From contig CM074819.1 in the NCBI GenBank assembly GCA_037447605.1, positions 620,001-684,000 on the forward strand: a stretch of DNA of 64,000 nucleotides, read 5' to 3'. This stretch comes from Zygnema circumcarinatum SAG 698-1b. Taxonomy: Eukaryota > Plantae > Zygnematophyceae. Made by a program: the position numbers and the translations under genes. The notes below the pieces were generated by a model. That model ran no database searches and had not been told where the DNA came from. It was given only the letters and a program-made list of their open reading frames with translations. Shown piece after piece: positions 42,684-56,125 of this stretch (within the stretch, counting starts at the first letter, position 1; each line of letters begins with the position of its first letter).

Positions 42684-45600
42684 TGGGAGAGGCCAGGGAA
42701 GGGGGAGATAGAGTTAAGAAGAAAGCAGGGAGAGTAGGAGTGGGAGAGGGAGTAAAAGGGGAGAGAGGGGGAGAGAGGGGAGAGAAGATGGGAAAGAGGA
42801 AGAAGGGGGAGGCGGAGGCGGGGGAGAGAGAGAGAGGGGCAGAGGGAGAGGGAGTGGAGGGGCCCACATTGAAAGCCGTGAAGAAGATGAAATTAGAGGG
42901 GGAAAGTGTGGTGGTCAAAAAGGTAAAAGTAAAGAATTCTGTTGGGGGCAGGTTTGAAAAGTTGCTGAAGGTGAAGAAGGTGAAGGAGAGTGTGAAGAAG
43001 GGAAGCGAGGGGGAGGAGAGGGAGGGAGAGGGAGCGGTTGTGGAGAAGAAGAAGAAGAAAAATAAGAAGACAGCTGGAGGAGTAGGAGAGGAGAAGGCAG
43101 AACGCGAGGAGGAAGAAGGATTCATGGTGAGAGGCTCCCTCTCTCTCGCGCTTTCTCTCTCCCCCACTCTCTCTTCCTCTCTCTCCCTTTCACTCTCACT
43201 CTCTCCCCCTCTCCCGCTCTCTTCCTCTCTCTCTATCTCTCCCTCTCTCTATTTATTTCTCTCTCGCTGTGCCTCGCTTTCCCTCTCTACGCCACCATCT
43301 CCGTCCCTCTCTTTGTCTCTCCTCCCCTCCTTATTGTTCTCTCTCCCCTCTACCTCTCTCCCTCCCCCTCTCCCCTCCCTCCACTGTCCCTCTTTCCTTT
43401 CCTCTCTCCTCTCTTCTCCTCTCTCTCTCTCTTACCTTCCCTTTCCCCTGTCATTTTAAAATCACCCTGCGTATTTCTCTCTCTCCCGCTGATGGTCGAG
43501 CACTTGGCCACAAAATGACTATATGGCTTAGGGTTTGGAGTGAAGCCTCTCATGATGGGTTTTTGAAATTGAGTGTTTTGGGCGGAGCTTTAATTTGATT
43601 AAGTTCTTGAGATTTTTAGGTTTTGTGAATTGTCGGCCTCCCTGGTTTTTCGAGATTTGTAGCTTTTAGGGGTTCAGGGCCATTGTTGGGTTGTAGAGTT
43701 TTTGGGTTTGTAGGCGCAATTGAGTCAGGGAGAGAAATTAATTGTGTTTGCGTTTGCTGGAATCAATTGAGTGGGGGGAAGCGGGAGAGTGAGAGAGAGA
43801 GGGGGGGAGAGAGAGAGAGAGAGGAGGGGGAAGAAACGGGGGAGAGGGAAGGGTGGAAAGGGAGGGAGGGCAGAGGGGACTGAAACTCAGACTCTGACTA
43901 AAGCTGATTAATTCTCTCCCGAAACCCTGTAGTGGTTACTGCCTAACTGTTTATTCTAGGCTTTCCATTGAGTTGAATTTAAGTTTATCATTTGATCAAA
44001 GTCTGTCCTATGTTCGATTTTCTTGCAGCCGTTGGATGCGGATCCACATAGCACTGATTTATCGAATGGAGGGGCTCTCGTTAAAGATGGAAAAAGAAAG
44101 GTGAAAAAGTTATCTATGACAGTAGCCAGCGAGAGCGGATCAGTTCTTCAGAAGAAGCCTAATGTGCTTTATGTAGGGCACATACCTCACGGGTTCTATG
44201 AGGATCAGATGGCAGGTGGGTCTCCCAGCACAGTTCGTTTTACTCAGTTTGGTTCAGTTCAATTCAGTTTACTTTGAATATTTGGTGTTCAGTGGGTTCG
44301 TGCTTAACGAGATTTAAGTGCATGTATTCCTTAGGCTTCAAGGTGTGTGTGTGTGAGTACGAGAGTGAGAGAAGGGGAGATAGAGGGGTAGAGGGAGGAT
44401 GAAGGAGAGCCATGAGAGTGAGAGGAATAGGGAGGGAAAGTGGGGAAGGAGGGGGAGAGGAGAGGGGAGATGGAGTTGGGAGAGAGAGGGAGCGGGAGGA
44501 GAGAGTTCTCACTCTCTGCCATTGTTGGCCTGTCTGCTGGGTTGTCGTTCTGACAGGTTTCTTTGGACAGTTTGGAACAATTACAAGACTGCGCCTTTCT
44601 CGCAACAAAAAGGTGAAGGTCCTTAATCTCAATGATGATGTTGGTGATGTCGGTAATGGTAATTGGTGATGTCAGAAATGACAATGATGTTGCGACAGAA
44701 TCCTGATTTTTTTGCATATCAAATCTCCTCCTCAGACCGGAGCATCGAAGAATTTCGCTTTTTTGGAATTCGAATCTCCCGAGGTGAGCGCTCTTCTTCG
44801 GAACTCAAAACAAAGGGCTTTTGGGATTACGGGAGGCTGATTTCAGAAATTTTAGGGTTACAAAAATCCTTCTATTCCTGCAAGTAATGAGTTTGAGCAG
44901 GCAGATGGCGTCTTCTCTTACAATTGATTCTTGGGATCGGATGAGAAATCTTTTCTTTTCATTGTAGGTGATGACTAGGTTTATCCCCTTTTATTCACCT
45001 CTGATTTTCTGCCTTAACGATTCCTCCTCCAATCACGTGCTGCCAGGTGGCGGCTATTGTTGCTGAATGCATGCACAACTATCTCATCTTTGGGAGACTC
45101 TTGCAATGCAAACTTGTCCCGCCTGAGAAAATTCACCCTTTAACGTAAGTTCTTGACTACATCTCCATCCCTCCCTCCCTCTCTCCCTTCCACCCCCCAG
45201 TCTCTCTCCCTCTCTCTCTCTCTCTCTTTCTTTCGCTCTCTCCTCTCTCTCCCCCTCTCTCTCGCTCCCTCTCTTTCACTCTCCCCCCTCCCCCCTTCTC
45301 TCTCGCTCGCCCTCACTCTCGCTCGCCCTCACTCTCGCTCCCCCTCTCTCTCTTTCGCTCTCTCCTTCTCTTTCGCTCTCCCTCCTCGCTCTCTCCCTTT
45401 CACCCTCCCTGCGCTTCACCCTTCCCATTTCTCCTCTCCCCCCCCCCCCTCTCCTTCCCCCCTCCTACTCTTCCCCCCTAAAGCATCAATATCTGTGTGT
45501 GTGTGTGTGCCATTTTCTTGTTTTTTTTTCCTATTTTTTTTCTCTTGGCAATTTTTGGGGGATACAGTTGGGTTGGAGCCAATCGGCGATTCCGAAAACT

Positions 45601-46448
45601 TCCGTGGAAAAGTTTTGCGAAGGAGAAGCAAAATCGGGTATTCCCCCCCTCTAAAAACCCCTCTAGAAATTCACAATCTTCTTCTTATATGGCTAACCCT
45701 AACAGTCCATCCGGACAAGTACCTATTTCGCCAGCCTGAAAATCCCATTCTTCTCTAAACTTTAGAATACGGTAAATGTCCTTAAACGTGTGTTAAAGCC
45801 AAGTTGAGATCAAGATGCTCGAGTTCAACTAAATTCTCTCGCCACTTACCCATTCTCTTTTTTGTTATTTATTTAGTGTATTTGTTTATTTTCTTAATGC
45901 AGGAGAGGAACCCCGAGGAGCAGAGGAAGCAGCTTAAACGTTTGCTGAAAAGAGACGAAAAGCGGAGACTTAAACTTTCAAAAGCCGGCATTGAATACGA
46001 GTTCGAGGGTTTGGTCAGTTTTCTTCATCCCCTATCCTATAACTTGGTACTATGAATTAAGCAATTTCGGAATGTTTTGGGTTTGCAGTTGAAATCTGAT
46101 GTTGTTGTTTGAAGTGATTCACGGAGTTGGCTGAACAGAATCCGTTCATCCCTTGACAGTTCTGTGTTGGTTTGAACAGAATCCGTTAATTCCTTGACAG
46201 TTGTGTTGGTTTGAACATAATCCGTTAATTCCTTGACAGTTCTGTGTTGGTTTGAACAGAATCCGTTAATCCGTTGACAGTTTTGTGTGGGTTTGTGACT
46301 GCAGAAAGAGTTGATACCTACTCAATCGAAACATGTCAAGTTCAAAGACTCGGAAGACTTGAACGATTTGGGAGACTTGACAAAGAAGAACGATTTGGGA
46401 GAGTTGACAAAGAAGCCCAAAAAGAAGAAGGTCGCGACTAAGGACTAG
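42684..46448 (+). CDS. NIFK: NIFK/Nop15-like nucleolar RRM protein (MKI67 FHA-interacting protein homologue) with Lys/Glu-rich N-terminus
   Basis: Spliced RRM reads [17 protein letters not shown]|[19 protein letters not shown]|[16 protein letters not shown]|[31 protein letters not shown], followed by [22 protein letters not shown] and SKHVKF. TAG at 46446-46448. The start is either 42684 or 42788. Confidence 0.88.
46127..46290. repeat. 41-bp tandem repeat x4 in the last NIFK intron
   Basis: Unit about TTGGTTTGAACAGAATCCGTTAATTCCTTGACAGTTCTGTG, ending at the acceptor of the last exon. Confidence 0.88.
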
Positions 46449-47549
46449 GACACTACGTCGGGATTCACAATAGAGAAAAGTGGAGTTGTGATGCATTTGG
46501 AGAGTAGGGTTCGAGAAGAGAAAAGTTTGTTTCTGTCACTGAAGCAATTCTTAAGAAGGCGATGGCTGGCAACTTCTTTTTCTGCTTGGGTTGTTTGAGC
46601 ATGGAAATGGATATTTTCCAGTTTGAAAACTCTCCGACAAAGTTTCATTCAAAAAATATTTGATCATTTGAAGTCCATAAGATCACAGGATGTTATCGAC
46701 CTTCCAAAATGTACACATATACGTACAGATGCATACATACATGGCCAATGCATACCTTCACACATGCGCCCTCCCCCCCACATATGTTTCCGCACATTCA
46801 ACAATTAGTTCGCGAAGTAAATATTGAGCCAAATGCGACCCCTTCAGAAATAAAGGAATGATGCAAACCAACAATTTCCCTCATACTACCGAGGCAGCAA
46901 TTTACCTGCCCAAGGAATTAGGGCCAAGCGAGCATGCTTAACCCTAATTCTTACAGCTACCCCTGCAAATATTCCTCCCCTCGCATCTACACTATACACG
47001 GTATCAAAATTAGTAAAAAGACAATACTTAATCCGTACATCCTAAACTAAAAAATATACCCTAAATTTCACCCACCCGCTACAACATTGCTGCCGCCCCC
47101 TTATTCGCTGTAGAGGACCCCCGCTAGGAAATCCTAAAAATAAAGAATAATAAAATAAGGGTAAACCTGCAAAGCCTCTTCTCTCCCCTTTCCCCCCTCG
47201 AAAAAAACCTCCCTCAAAAAAAACTCCCAAGTTGAACTCCAAATCTGCCCCCTTCAACAAATCTTCGGTTTTAGAACACTACTCGCTGGCATAGGGCCAC
47301 ATTTGCCAGATTGGACCTTACAATGAAAGAATTCTCGCTCCTCTCTCCCTCCCTCTCTCTCTCCTTCCCTCCCACTCCCTCCTCTCCCCCTCTATCCCTC
47401 TCCCTCTCCCTCTCCCTTCCATCTCTCCTCTTTATCTCTTCTTTCTTAATTGCCACTCTCTCTCTCCCTCTCCCTTCCCCTCTCTCACTCTCCCTCTCCC
47501 TCTCCCTCTCTCTCTCTCTCCCTCTCCCTCTCCCCCCCACCTCTCTCCC

Positions 47550-48301
47550 TCAGAGAGAGGAATCCAGGCTCCTCGGTTTCCCGGTCTGCCTCTGGTTCAG
47601 TACTCCATGAAGACGGTGAATGAGTTTATCTCTCGTAAGGGGTTTGCTCACAAATTCATCAAATCCGCTTTGAGCACATTTTACCATATCGCCATCTGAA
47701 CAAAGAATAAAGGGGAAAAGGTTTAAGGGAGAAGAAAAAGATAACCAAGAAAATTGAAAAACTTCACACCAATACGAGACGATTTCTCAAAAATTTCAAT
47801 TCCTCAAATTGACGGGATTGGATAGGGCAAGCTTTCACAGTTTTTTCAGATTTACCATTTAGGGGAATTTTCGCGCCGCTACATGCAGAAACTGGACAGC
47901 CAAACGCTGAAATTTGGCATAACGGAACTGAACGGACTGAACGGATTTTGACATGGAACCCACCTGTCACATTTGAGGTGACCGCAAAAATAAGCATTCT
48001 CCTCCTTGTTGGAGTTTGGCAGGCCTCCCAATCACGGAACTGCTCCACCTGCTCAAACAGAACGGAGAAACTGAGACTGTCAGTTTAACAGGGAACCGCA
48101 AAAGTACTCTCCACTTCAAATTTACACAAACCTTCGATCCCTCTCCCTTTTGCTCACTCTCACGCCTCTCTCTCTCTCTCGTTCCTTCCACTCTCCTCCC
48201 TCTCCCTCTCCCTCTCCTCCCTCTCCCTCTCCCNNNNNNNNNNTCTCCTCCCTCCCTCTCTCTCTCCCCCTTCCCCCCTCCCTCTCCCCACTATCTCTCC
48301 C

Positions 48302-48332
<31 letters not shown>

Positions 48333-51300
48333 GTGTCGGCTCCCTTACCGCATTGAGCCCATCCAACACAGGCATAAGGAGGTCCATTAGCACCAAGTCG
48401 AACTGCGGAGGCAACTCCTCTCCCTCCAACATGCTCTCCCTCTGGTAGGGAGAGAGTTCCTCTCCCACGTTTCCTTGCATTACTTCCAGTGCCTCCTTTC
48501 CGTTACAGGTAACGGTCACTTGGCAGCCGAGACTCTCCAAAAGTCTCTGACCCATTGTACGGTTCACCACATCGTCCTCCACCAGAAGGACCTGCAAAGG
48601 AAAAGGACAAGAACAAAGGTACACAGCTCATAAAGGAAAGGACAAAGATGTTTTCAACTTGAAAGAAAACATTTTGATTTTGATTTTGATTTTGATTTTG
48701 GGGATCACCATAATTGAAATGGGCGATAAATTGTGGTTTCTAGAGGGACAGATAGAGAAAAGAGCTCGTGTAGGCTTCGTGAACACACGCGTGAAAGTAG
48801 AAAGAGAGAGAAAGAGAGGAAGAGAGGAAGAGAGAGCGAATGGGAAGTGGGAGAGGAAAGGGGAGAGAGAGAAGGGAGAGAGAGGGGGAAGGAGAGAGAG
48901 AGAGAATGAGAGAGAGAGGAGAGAGAGAGAGAAGGGGGGAGAGCGAGAGAGGGAAGGAGGGCAAGAGAGAGAATGAGAGAGAGAGAGAGGGAAGGAGAGA
49001 GAGAGAGAAGGGGGGAGTGCGAGAGAGGGAAGGAGAGGGATAGGTTCTAGGCTCCCTCCCTACCTTTTGGCCTCGAATTAGGTTTAAATCCTCCTGTGGC
49101 AGTCCGCCACCTGTCGATCCGGGATTGGCCCGCGGCTTGCCCACTCCTCCGGCCAATGGCGTGCTGCCAGCTGGCGGTCCTGGGCGCCGTCTGGAACCAC
49201 TAGGAGCGGGAGCAACAGGAATATTGTGAGCCACGTTCAGACTGTTTGAACTAATGTCCGTACTACCGCGAGGGGCTTTTCTCCATATAGTTTCAACCTC
49301 CTCACTGGAATCGAGACTGCTGAAATGAATGGCAGAAAAAAGAAAATATGGTCAGCAAAAGGTTAAAAAAAAAAAAAAAAAAAGGGAAAAAAATCAAAAA
49401 TAAGTGTGTTTGAAGGGTGGGTGCTTAGGAAATATGAAGGAAACTTCAGAAAGGAGTAAAATTTGAGTTTAGAGAGTATGTATAGGGGCTATGTATGTGA
49501 AGACTTACCTTTCCAGACTTGATTTTTCGGACTTGTTACCCTGCATTGCATGGAAAGGGGAGCACCGTTAAAGAAACGTTAGGGATGTAACTGGATACAT
49601 AGATCCCCCATAGAAATACCCTTCACATCAACAACCCACTTCCCCTGAATTCTTCCCTTTACAGCTTTCCTTTGAAGACATACCAAGGAAAACAAATAAA
49701 GGAAAGAAACTTACCCCTGCGATGGGTAGAATTGATCTCGACTCGTCTCTCTCTCCACTCCCTCTCCCTTCCTTAGCGTGGAATGAGGCAACACTCGTGT
49801 CCGATTCCTCTCCCTCTTCCGCTCCTCCTCTCCCTCCCCCCCTACTCTCTCTCCCCTTATTTACCTCAAAAGTGGGAGGGGAACCCTTAGACAACTTGCT
49901 CCCCATAGCCGCAGAATTTGTCCTCCCTTTATCAACTTGAAGCTTCAATTCCGAGTCGTATGAGAGAGAGAAGGAATTCACTCCTTGAGTAGTCCTCCTT
50001 AAGGGACTTTTTACTTCCTCATGATTCTCCCTTGGGAGAGAGTAAGTTCCCCTATGGAGAGAGTTTGACTGAGTGAGACTGGNNNNNNNNNNNNNNNNNN
50101 NNNNNNNNNNNNNNNNNNNNNNNNNNNNNNNNNNNNNNNNNNNNNNNNNNNNNNNNNNNNNNNNNNNNNNNNNNNNNNNNNNAGCTTAGAGAGTGTTATA
50201 GGGAAATCAATAAGACCAGAATCTCAATAGGAATTAGTACATTCCGGAATAGAAGTGAACGTAGAACCTCCATCTCACCCGCTGAACATCGGCAACATCA
50301 TCGGGATGGCAGCCCTCCCATGCAATAGAAGTAACCAAATCTGTTGGCTTCCATCCCAGAATCCGTTTGCTGCTCGGGGAAATGTAGCACAATGTCCACT
50401 GCAAAAACCCCACACCTGATTTCCAATGAATCTCTCCCCCTCTTATCTCTCTGTGTCTGTTCTCTCCCCCTCTCTCCTTCTTCCTCTCTCCCACCCAGTT
50501 CCTTCCCTCCCTCCCTCCCAAAAGGCCAACGTTCACTTTAAGCTATCCACATGATCAAAAGCTTCTGTATTAGAGAGTGATGTATACCTGCGCTCTCTCT
50601 GCGACATACACTATCCAAGGTGATGTAGCACTCAACATCAACATATCCGTGATGAGAGACAAATCGAGTCCTTCCACGGGAGGTAGTGTGGAATCTGTCG
50701 GCCACGTCTCTCCCCCCCCCGGAGTTCTGCAAACCCTTCCAATACCCAACAAGGCATCAGCTCATATAATTCCAACGATCTGAATAGAGTTGAACAAAAG
50801 CTCTTTTGCAAGGAATACGTAACGGCTTACATCGTTGATAAAAATTCTTCTAAATTGGTTCAGATGTTTCCTTACGTGTTGTTTTTTCCGAGGGCTGAAG
50901 TTGGTTGATGTGGTACAATTCTCCCATGGTTAGGAGCAAAGGGCCGAGGATACATGTTGCCTAGTTCCGTACTGAGAATGATAAGCTCCTCCAGACATCT
51001 GATCTCTCCATCAAGCAGTCTGCAAAAACCGTCCAACGGATTTCTGTCAGTGATCTTCAAGGGAACGCTATAGAACGGGACGGGCCGGAAAAAGAACAGG
51101 GACACAAGACCAAAGCATGCAGACAGGATCGCAAACAAGGAAAAAGAAGGAATTGGTTTCCAAGGTTGCCACTGCAGAGATAGGAGTAGAGAGAAGTTCA
51201 GATCGTAAAAGTAAAGGCGAAAGATTGTGCATAGGCCAAACAAGAATTCTGACTCTCTCTCTCTCTCCCTCCCATCTCTGCATTCTTCCTTCATCCCACT

Positions 51301-53707
51301 TCTGCCGACCCTTTGCAGCTCTCGTTAACCGCCACCCTCTCTTCCATTCCCAGACAATCCTTCCTGATAGGTCCGTCTTTTGTTGTTAGTTCCTTCGCTT
51401 CCTTCCTCCTCCCTCCACCCCTCAAGGTGCCTTTCCTTCAGCGCTCCCTTTCCTNNNNNNNNNNGGGAGGGGAGAGCGAGACAAAATGATAGAGGACAAC
51501 CGGACAACAGACAAGAGCGGAGGCAAAAATCGGCAGAATGGGAAACAAAAAGGAAGAAGGGGGAGGAGATAGAGATGAGGAGAAGCTAGGAGAGTGTTAT
51601 AGGGAAATCAATAAGACCAGAATCTCAATAGGAATTAGTACATTCCGGAATAGAAGTGAACGTAGAACCTCCATCTCACCCGCTGAACATCGGCAACATC
51701 ATCGGGATGGCAGCCCTCCCATGCAATAGAAGTAACCAAATCTGTTGGCTTCCATCCCAGAATCCGTTTGCTGCTCGGGGAAATGTAGCACAATGTCCAC
51801 TGCAAAAACCCCACACCTGATTTCCAATGAATCTCTCCCCCTCTTATCTCTCTGTGTCTGTTCTCTCCCCCTCTCTCCTTCTTCCTCTCTCCCACCCAGT
51901 TCCTTCCCTCCCTCCCTCCCAAAAGGCCAACGTTCACTTTAAGCTATCCACATGATCAAAAGCTTCTGTATTAGAGAGTGATGTATACCTGCGCTCTCTC
52001 TGCGACATACACTATCCAAGGTGATGTAGCACTCAACATCAACATATCCGTGATGAGAGACAAATCGAGTCCTTCCACGGGAGGTAGTGTGGAATCTGTC
52101 GGCCACGTCTCTCCCCCCCCCGGAGTTCTGCAAACCCTTCCAATACCCAACAAGGCATCAGCTCATATAATTCCAACGATCTGAATAGAGTTGAACAAAA
52201 GCTCTTTTGCAAGGAATACGTAACGGCTTACATCGTTGATAAAAATTCTTCTAAATTGGTTCAGATGTTTCCTTACGTGTTGTTTTTTCCGAGGGCTGAA
52301 GTTGGTTGATGTGGTACAATTCTCCCATGGTTAGGAGCAAAGGGCCGAGGATACATGTTGCCTAGTTCCGTACTGAGAATGATAAGCTCCTCCAGACATC
52401 TGATCTCTCCATCAAGCAGTCTGCAAAAACCGTCCAACGGATTTCTGTCAGTGATCTTCAAGGGAACGCTATAGAACGGGACGGGCCGGAAAAAGAACAG
52501 GGACACAAGACCAAAGCATGCAGACAGGATCGCAAACAAGGAAAAAGAAGGAATTGGTTTCCAAGGTTGCCACTGCAGAGATAGGAGTAGAGAGAAGTTC
52601 AGATCGTAAAAGTAAAGGCGAAAGATTGTGCATAGGCCAAACAAGAATTCTGACTCTCTCTCTCTCTCCCTCCCATCTCTGCATTCTTCCTTCATCCCAC
52701 TTCTGCCGACCCTTTGCAGCTCTCGTTAACCGCCACCCTCTCTTCCATTCCCAGACAATCCTTCCTGATAGGTCCGTCTTTTGTTGTTAGTTCCTTCGCT
52801 TCCTTCCTCCTCCCTCCACCCCTCAAGGTGCCTTTCCTTCAGCGCTCCCTTTCCTCTTCCCTCCTCTCTCCTCGCATTCCCCCCCTGCACCGTTTAGTCC
52901 TCTCATTCCAGCTCCCCCCATCTCTTCTCTCCTTCCCTCCCATCCTTTGCCCTTCAACCTTGTTCCTTTTCTCTCTTCTGCTCAAGCCGTAACCACCACA
53001 GTACTATTCCAGTTCCATCCGTCCCACTCCCTCCTCTGCGTTCTACCTCCGTCACCTTTCCTCCACCACTCCAAATTGTTTCGACATCTTCCCTACTTCC
53101 TCCCCCCCACCCCCCTGCCTGCTCCCCGCTCCCTCCTCCTCGACCTCCCCCTCCCCCTGCCTCCTCTCCCCTCCCCCTACCCCTCCCCCTCCCCCTGCCT
53201 CCTCCCCCCTCCTCCCTTCCCCCTCCCCCCTCCCTCTCCTCCTGCCTCCTCCCCCCTCCCTCCCTCTTCCACCCCCCCCCTGCCTCCTCCCCGCTCCCTC
53301 CTCCCTCCCTCCTCNNNNNNNNNNCCCCCCCCCTGCCTCCTCCCCGCTCCCTCCTCCCTCCCTCCTCCCTCCCCCTGCCTCCCTCTTCACCCTCCCCCTC
53401 CCACTTCCTCCCTTCCGCTCCCTCGTCTGCCCTCCCCCTCTCACCCGGCCGTGCGCGCGTCCTCCTCCGTCTCCACGGTGAGCTCCATCCGCCGGCTGTC
53501 GAGCTCGTGGTACCACTTGCGGTACATGCGCAGCCGTTCCGTTTCCGGCGACGGAGGCGAGCCCAGGCCCCCCGCCACGGCGAGCAGCTGCTTCCCGCCG
53601 CCTCCTGAACCCTGCTGCTGCGCCTTCCCCGGCGCCCCTGAACCCTGCGCGGCGGGCAACATGTCCTCCGGCGATGGCGCGTAATGCACAATGCCGGGAG
53701 CGCGCAT
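47550..53707 (-). CDS. Two-component signalling gene: N-terminal PAS domain and C-terminal receiver (REC) domain; a kinase core is not visible and may lie in the 100-N gap
   Basis: REC reads VLLVEDDVVNR...FDLVLMDLLMPVLDG...IFAVTSNVT|DGDMVKCAQSGFDEFVSKPLT, with stop at 47550. The PAS exon WTLCYISPSSKRILGWKPTDLVTSIAWEGCHPDD is at 50279-50398 and duplicated at 51680-51799. The first exon near 53446-53707 splices in phase 2 to LLDGEIRCLEEL. Ser/Gly-rich linker exons lie at 49050-50082. Confidence 0.75.
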
Positions 53708-53737
53708 ATCACCGCAGAGGGAGACCGCGTCTCCCTC

Positions 53738-53778
<41 letters not shown>

Positions 53779-54925
53779 AACCCTGCCTTTCGCTCTCTCT
53801 TTCTCGCTCCGTCTGTTTCTGCGTCACAGACACTCCTTATCCCTCTCCCTCGCCCTCTACCTCTCTCTCCCTCCCTCTCCCCCTCTCCCTTTCCTTCTCT
53901 ACCTCAATCCGACCGAGGCCCTTAGCCCTAAAACTGGACTTGAGGCCCGCTCACGACGACAAGAGGAATGGGCTGGTCATTGTTCTGCCCGCGGGCAGAT
54001 CGAAAACTACTGAAGGAAGCCAATCACAATTCGGGAATTCAAGAAACATTTTCTCAATTCGCAACGGCCTTGCTGCATGGAGCAAGGACCAGGACGATGA
54101 CAAATATTGAGTGTACAACCCGTATGAACAGAGCTCGATTTGATCCAGATCAGAGTGAATGACGAAGAGGGTGAGAGTACGGAAAAAGTACAGAAACGTA
54201 CGAAGCGGAAACGTGTTGGAGTTCGGATTTTGGCGGGACCCGGTACGGATGAGGACAGTAAACGTACGAAAAATCAAGAACACGGGCGAAAACAAATCGA
54301 ATCCGGGCAGGCCCACAGGCGAACGGCACTGGTCGGTGGACGGACCGGGAATCCCGGGACGGGAAAATTTGATGGGGTCCCCCAAGGACGGGCAGGTACA
54401 AACGTTTTTCAGATACTTCCGACATTTTTTCACACGTGTCATTAAAACCCGGGATGCCCTTCGATTTCACATCGAGCAATTTATAGTATGCCACGTGGAG
54501 CTTATGTCCGTACATTGCACAAATGGTGATAACTTGTTTGATTATGAAAATTTTGTACGATTTGGAGATTCGAGATTGGCCAATCAGCGTTCGAGATTTT
54601 TGTCGGTGGTGTCGGTCGTGTCGGTGATAAATGTCGGCGGAAAGACCCACTCTGTCCAAATTGTACGAACAGAGACTTACCAATTTGCAAGCGACCACGC
54701 GAACCCAAATTTGTCGTTTGTCTGACTTTAAATCGGAGACTCTTGTCGTTTTCGTGGTAGATTCGAGAATCGCCACGTCAGCGGGCCTGGAAGTGTGCTG
54801 ATCGGACGGCTGCGAATGAGTAAAATGCATCGCACGGTCGTGCGCGTTTCCATGGCGGATCCCCGATCTGACGGTCAAGATCGTCGGTCAAGATCGAATG
54901 GCTGTCAGGGGCTTCCAAAGGGTCT

Positions 54926-55205
54926 CGACCGTCGGATCAAATTTTGAGGAGCCTCGACCGCCGGATCAAATTTTGAGGAGCCTAGACCGTCGGATCAACT
55001 TTTGAGGAGCCTTGACCGTCGGATCAACTTTTGAGGCGCTTCGACAGTTGGATCAACTTCTGAGGCGCCTCGACCGTCGGATCAACTTTTGAGGAGAATC
55101 GACAGTCGGATCAACTTTTGAGGATCCTCAACTTCCGGATCAACTTTTGAAGCGCCTCGACAGTCGGATCAACTTTTGAGGAGCCTCAACCGTCGGATCA
55201 ATTTT
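54926..55205. repeat. 29-bp minisatellite (CGACCGTCGGATCAACTTTTGAGGAGCCT), about 9.5 diverged copies
   Basis: Directly visible tandem units with an invariant GGATCAA core. Confidence 0.92.
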
Positions 55206-55578
55206 TTTAATTTTTCTTTTGCGATTGCGATTGGCAGCATCTGAAACCAGAAAATGAAATTCCCCTTTCGGCTGATTATTTCAGCCAATAGCATTACGCC
55301 AAGTGAGCACGTATTTCTGGCCTCAAGTGCGTCATTACGCTTTTCTTTTTCTTTTGGAACCGTTGCGTCCGCGGAATTTTCGCTTCTGTGCCCATCCACC
55401 CACCCATCCATCCATCCATCCATGCATGCATACCCCATCCCATCCATCCATCCATGCATGCATGCATACCCCATCCCATCCATCCATCCAGCCATCCAGC
55501 CATCCATGCCCCATCAATCCATCCATCCATCCATCTTTCTTCCTTTCTTTGATTCCTTCCATTCTTTCACCCCTCTTT

Positions 55579-56125
55579 CTAAGCATCGCCCTTCTGCTGC
55601 TTCATATTTTTGCTCCCCGGCCGCCCCGACTGCAGGGTCCTCGAAAGCTTCACCAGCGACATGGCCTGCTCCTCCATGATCTGCTGCAGCTGACCGATCC
55701 GCTCCCCTCTGCACTCCTCCTGCTCCTTCTCTATGTCGTCAATGATCACCTTCAAGTCGTAATACTTCTTCCTCCTCCACTCCTCCACGCCTTATACCGC
55801 CTTACTCCGAATTCGGCTGCTCCATCACATGGATCGGCGGGAACACCCCCGTGAACCCTACTACCCACGCCTCCCATACATGCTCCGGAGTCTTAAGCAA
55901 TGGATAAAGCTTATCAAATATAGCTTCTGGAAGCCCCTTAATGCTTTCTATCACGAGAGGAGTGAGGAGGGAGGTGGCCTGGGAGGAGCACTCTCCCACG
56001 ACTGGCGGCCCTACCGCCATTGGCTCTGCCCCCCCTAGGGCTCGGCTACCCTCTCTCTCTATCACTCTCTGAGGGGAGGTCCTTAAAGGGCCAGTGCCGG
56101 CGAGGACTGTCTGAGTGAGGGTTTT
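55579..56125 (-). pseudogene. Frame-disrupted GCR1_C-like DNA-binding domain (C-terminus of a CryptonF-type protein)
   Basis: Reads LKTPEHVWEAWVVGFTGVFPPIHVMEQ, then a stop at about 55802, then in another frame WRRKKYYDLKVIIDDIE...SLVKLSRTL. This matches the recalled GCR1_C pattern W.EW..G....PP...LE...WR....Y..RK.II..I. It is out of frame with the upstream exon at the A6 run (56122-56127). Confidence 0.7.

Noticed and set aside
46358-46415. 27-bp coding duplication ([18 protein letters not shown]) in the NIFK tail
   Set aside because: Real, but a minor slippage duplication in a low-complexity C-terminus.
50183-52855. Duplicated 1.27-kb segment suggesting tandem PAS domains
   Set aside because: 50183-51454 equals 51584-52855 (offset 1401) apart from a couple of bases at the gap edge. 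The first copy is bounded by N gaps on both sides, so it is most likely an assembly artefact.
54140-54878. Overlapping ORFs of 100-240 aa as a gene or transposase
   Set aside because: No recognisable motifs, and similar-length ORFs occur in several frames on both strands. The region behaves as GTAC-rich upstream DNA.
54926-55205. CRISPR-like array (also considered for 46127-46290 and 56220-56790)
   Set aside because: The units are head-to-tail with no unique spacers, there are no cas genes, and the context is eukaryotic.
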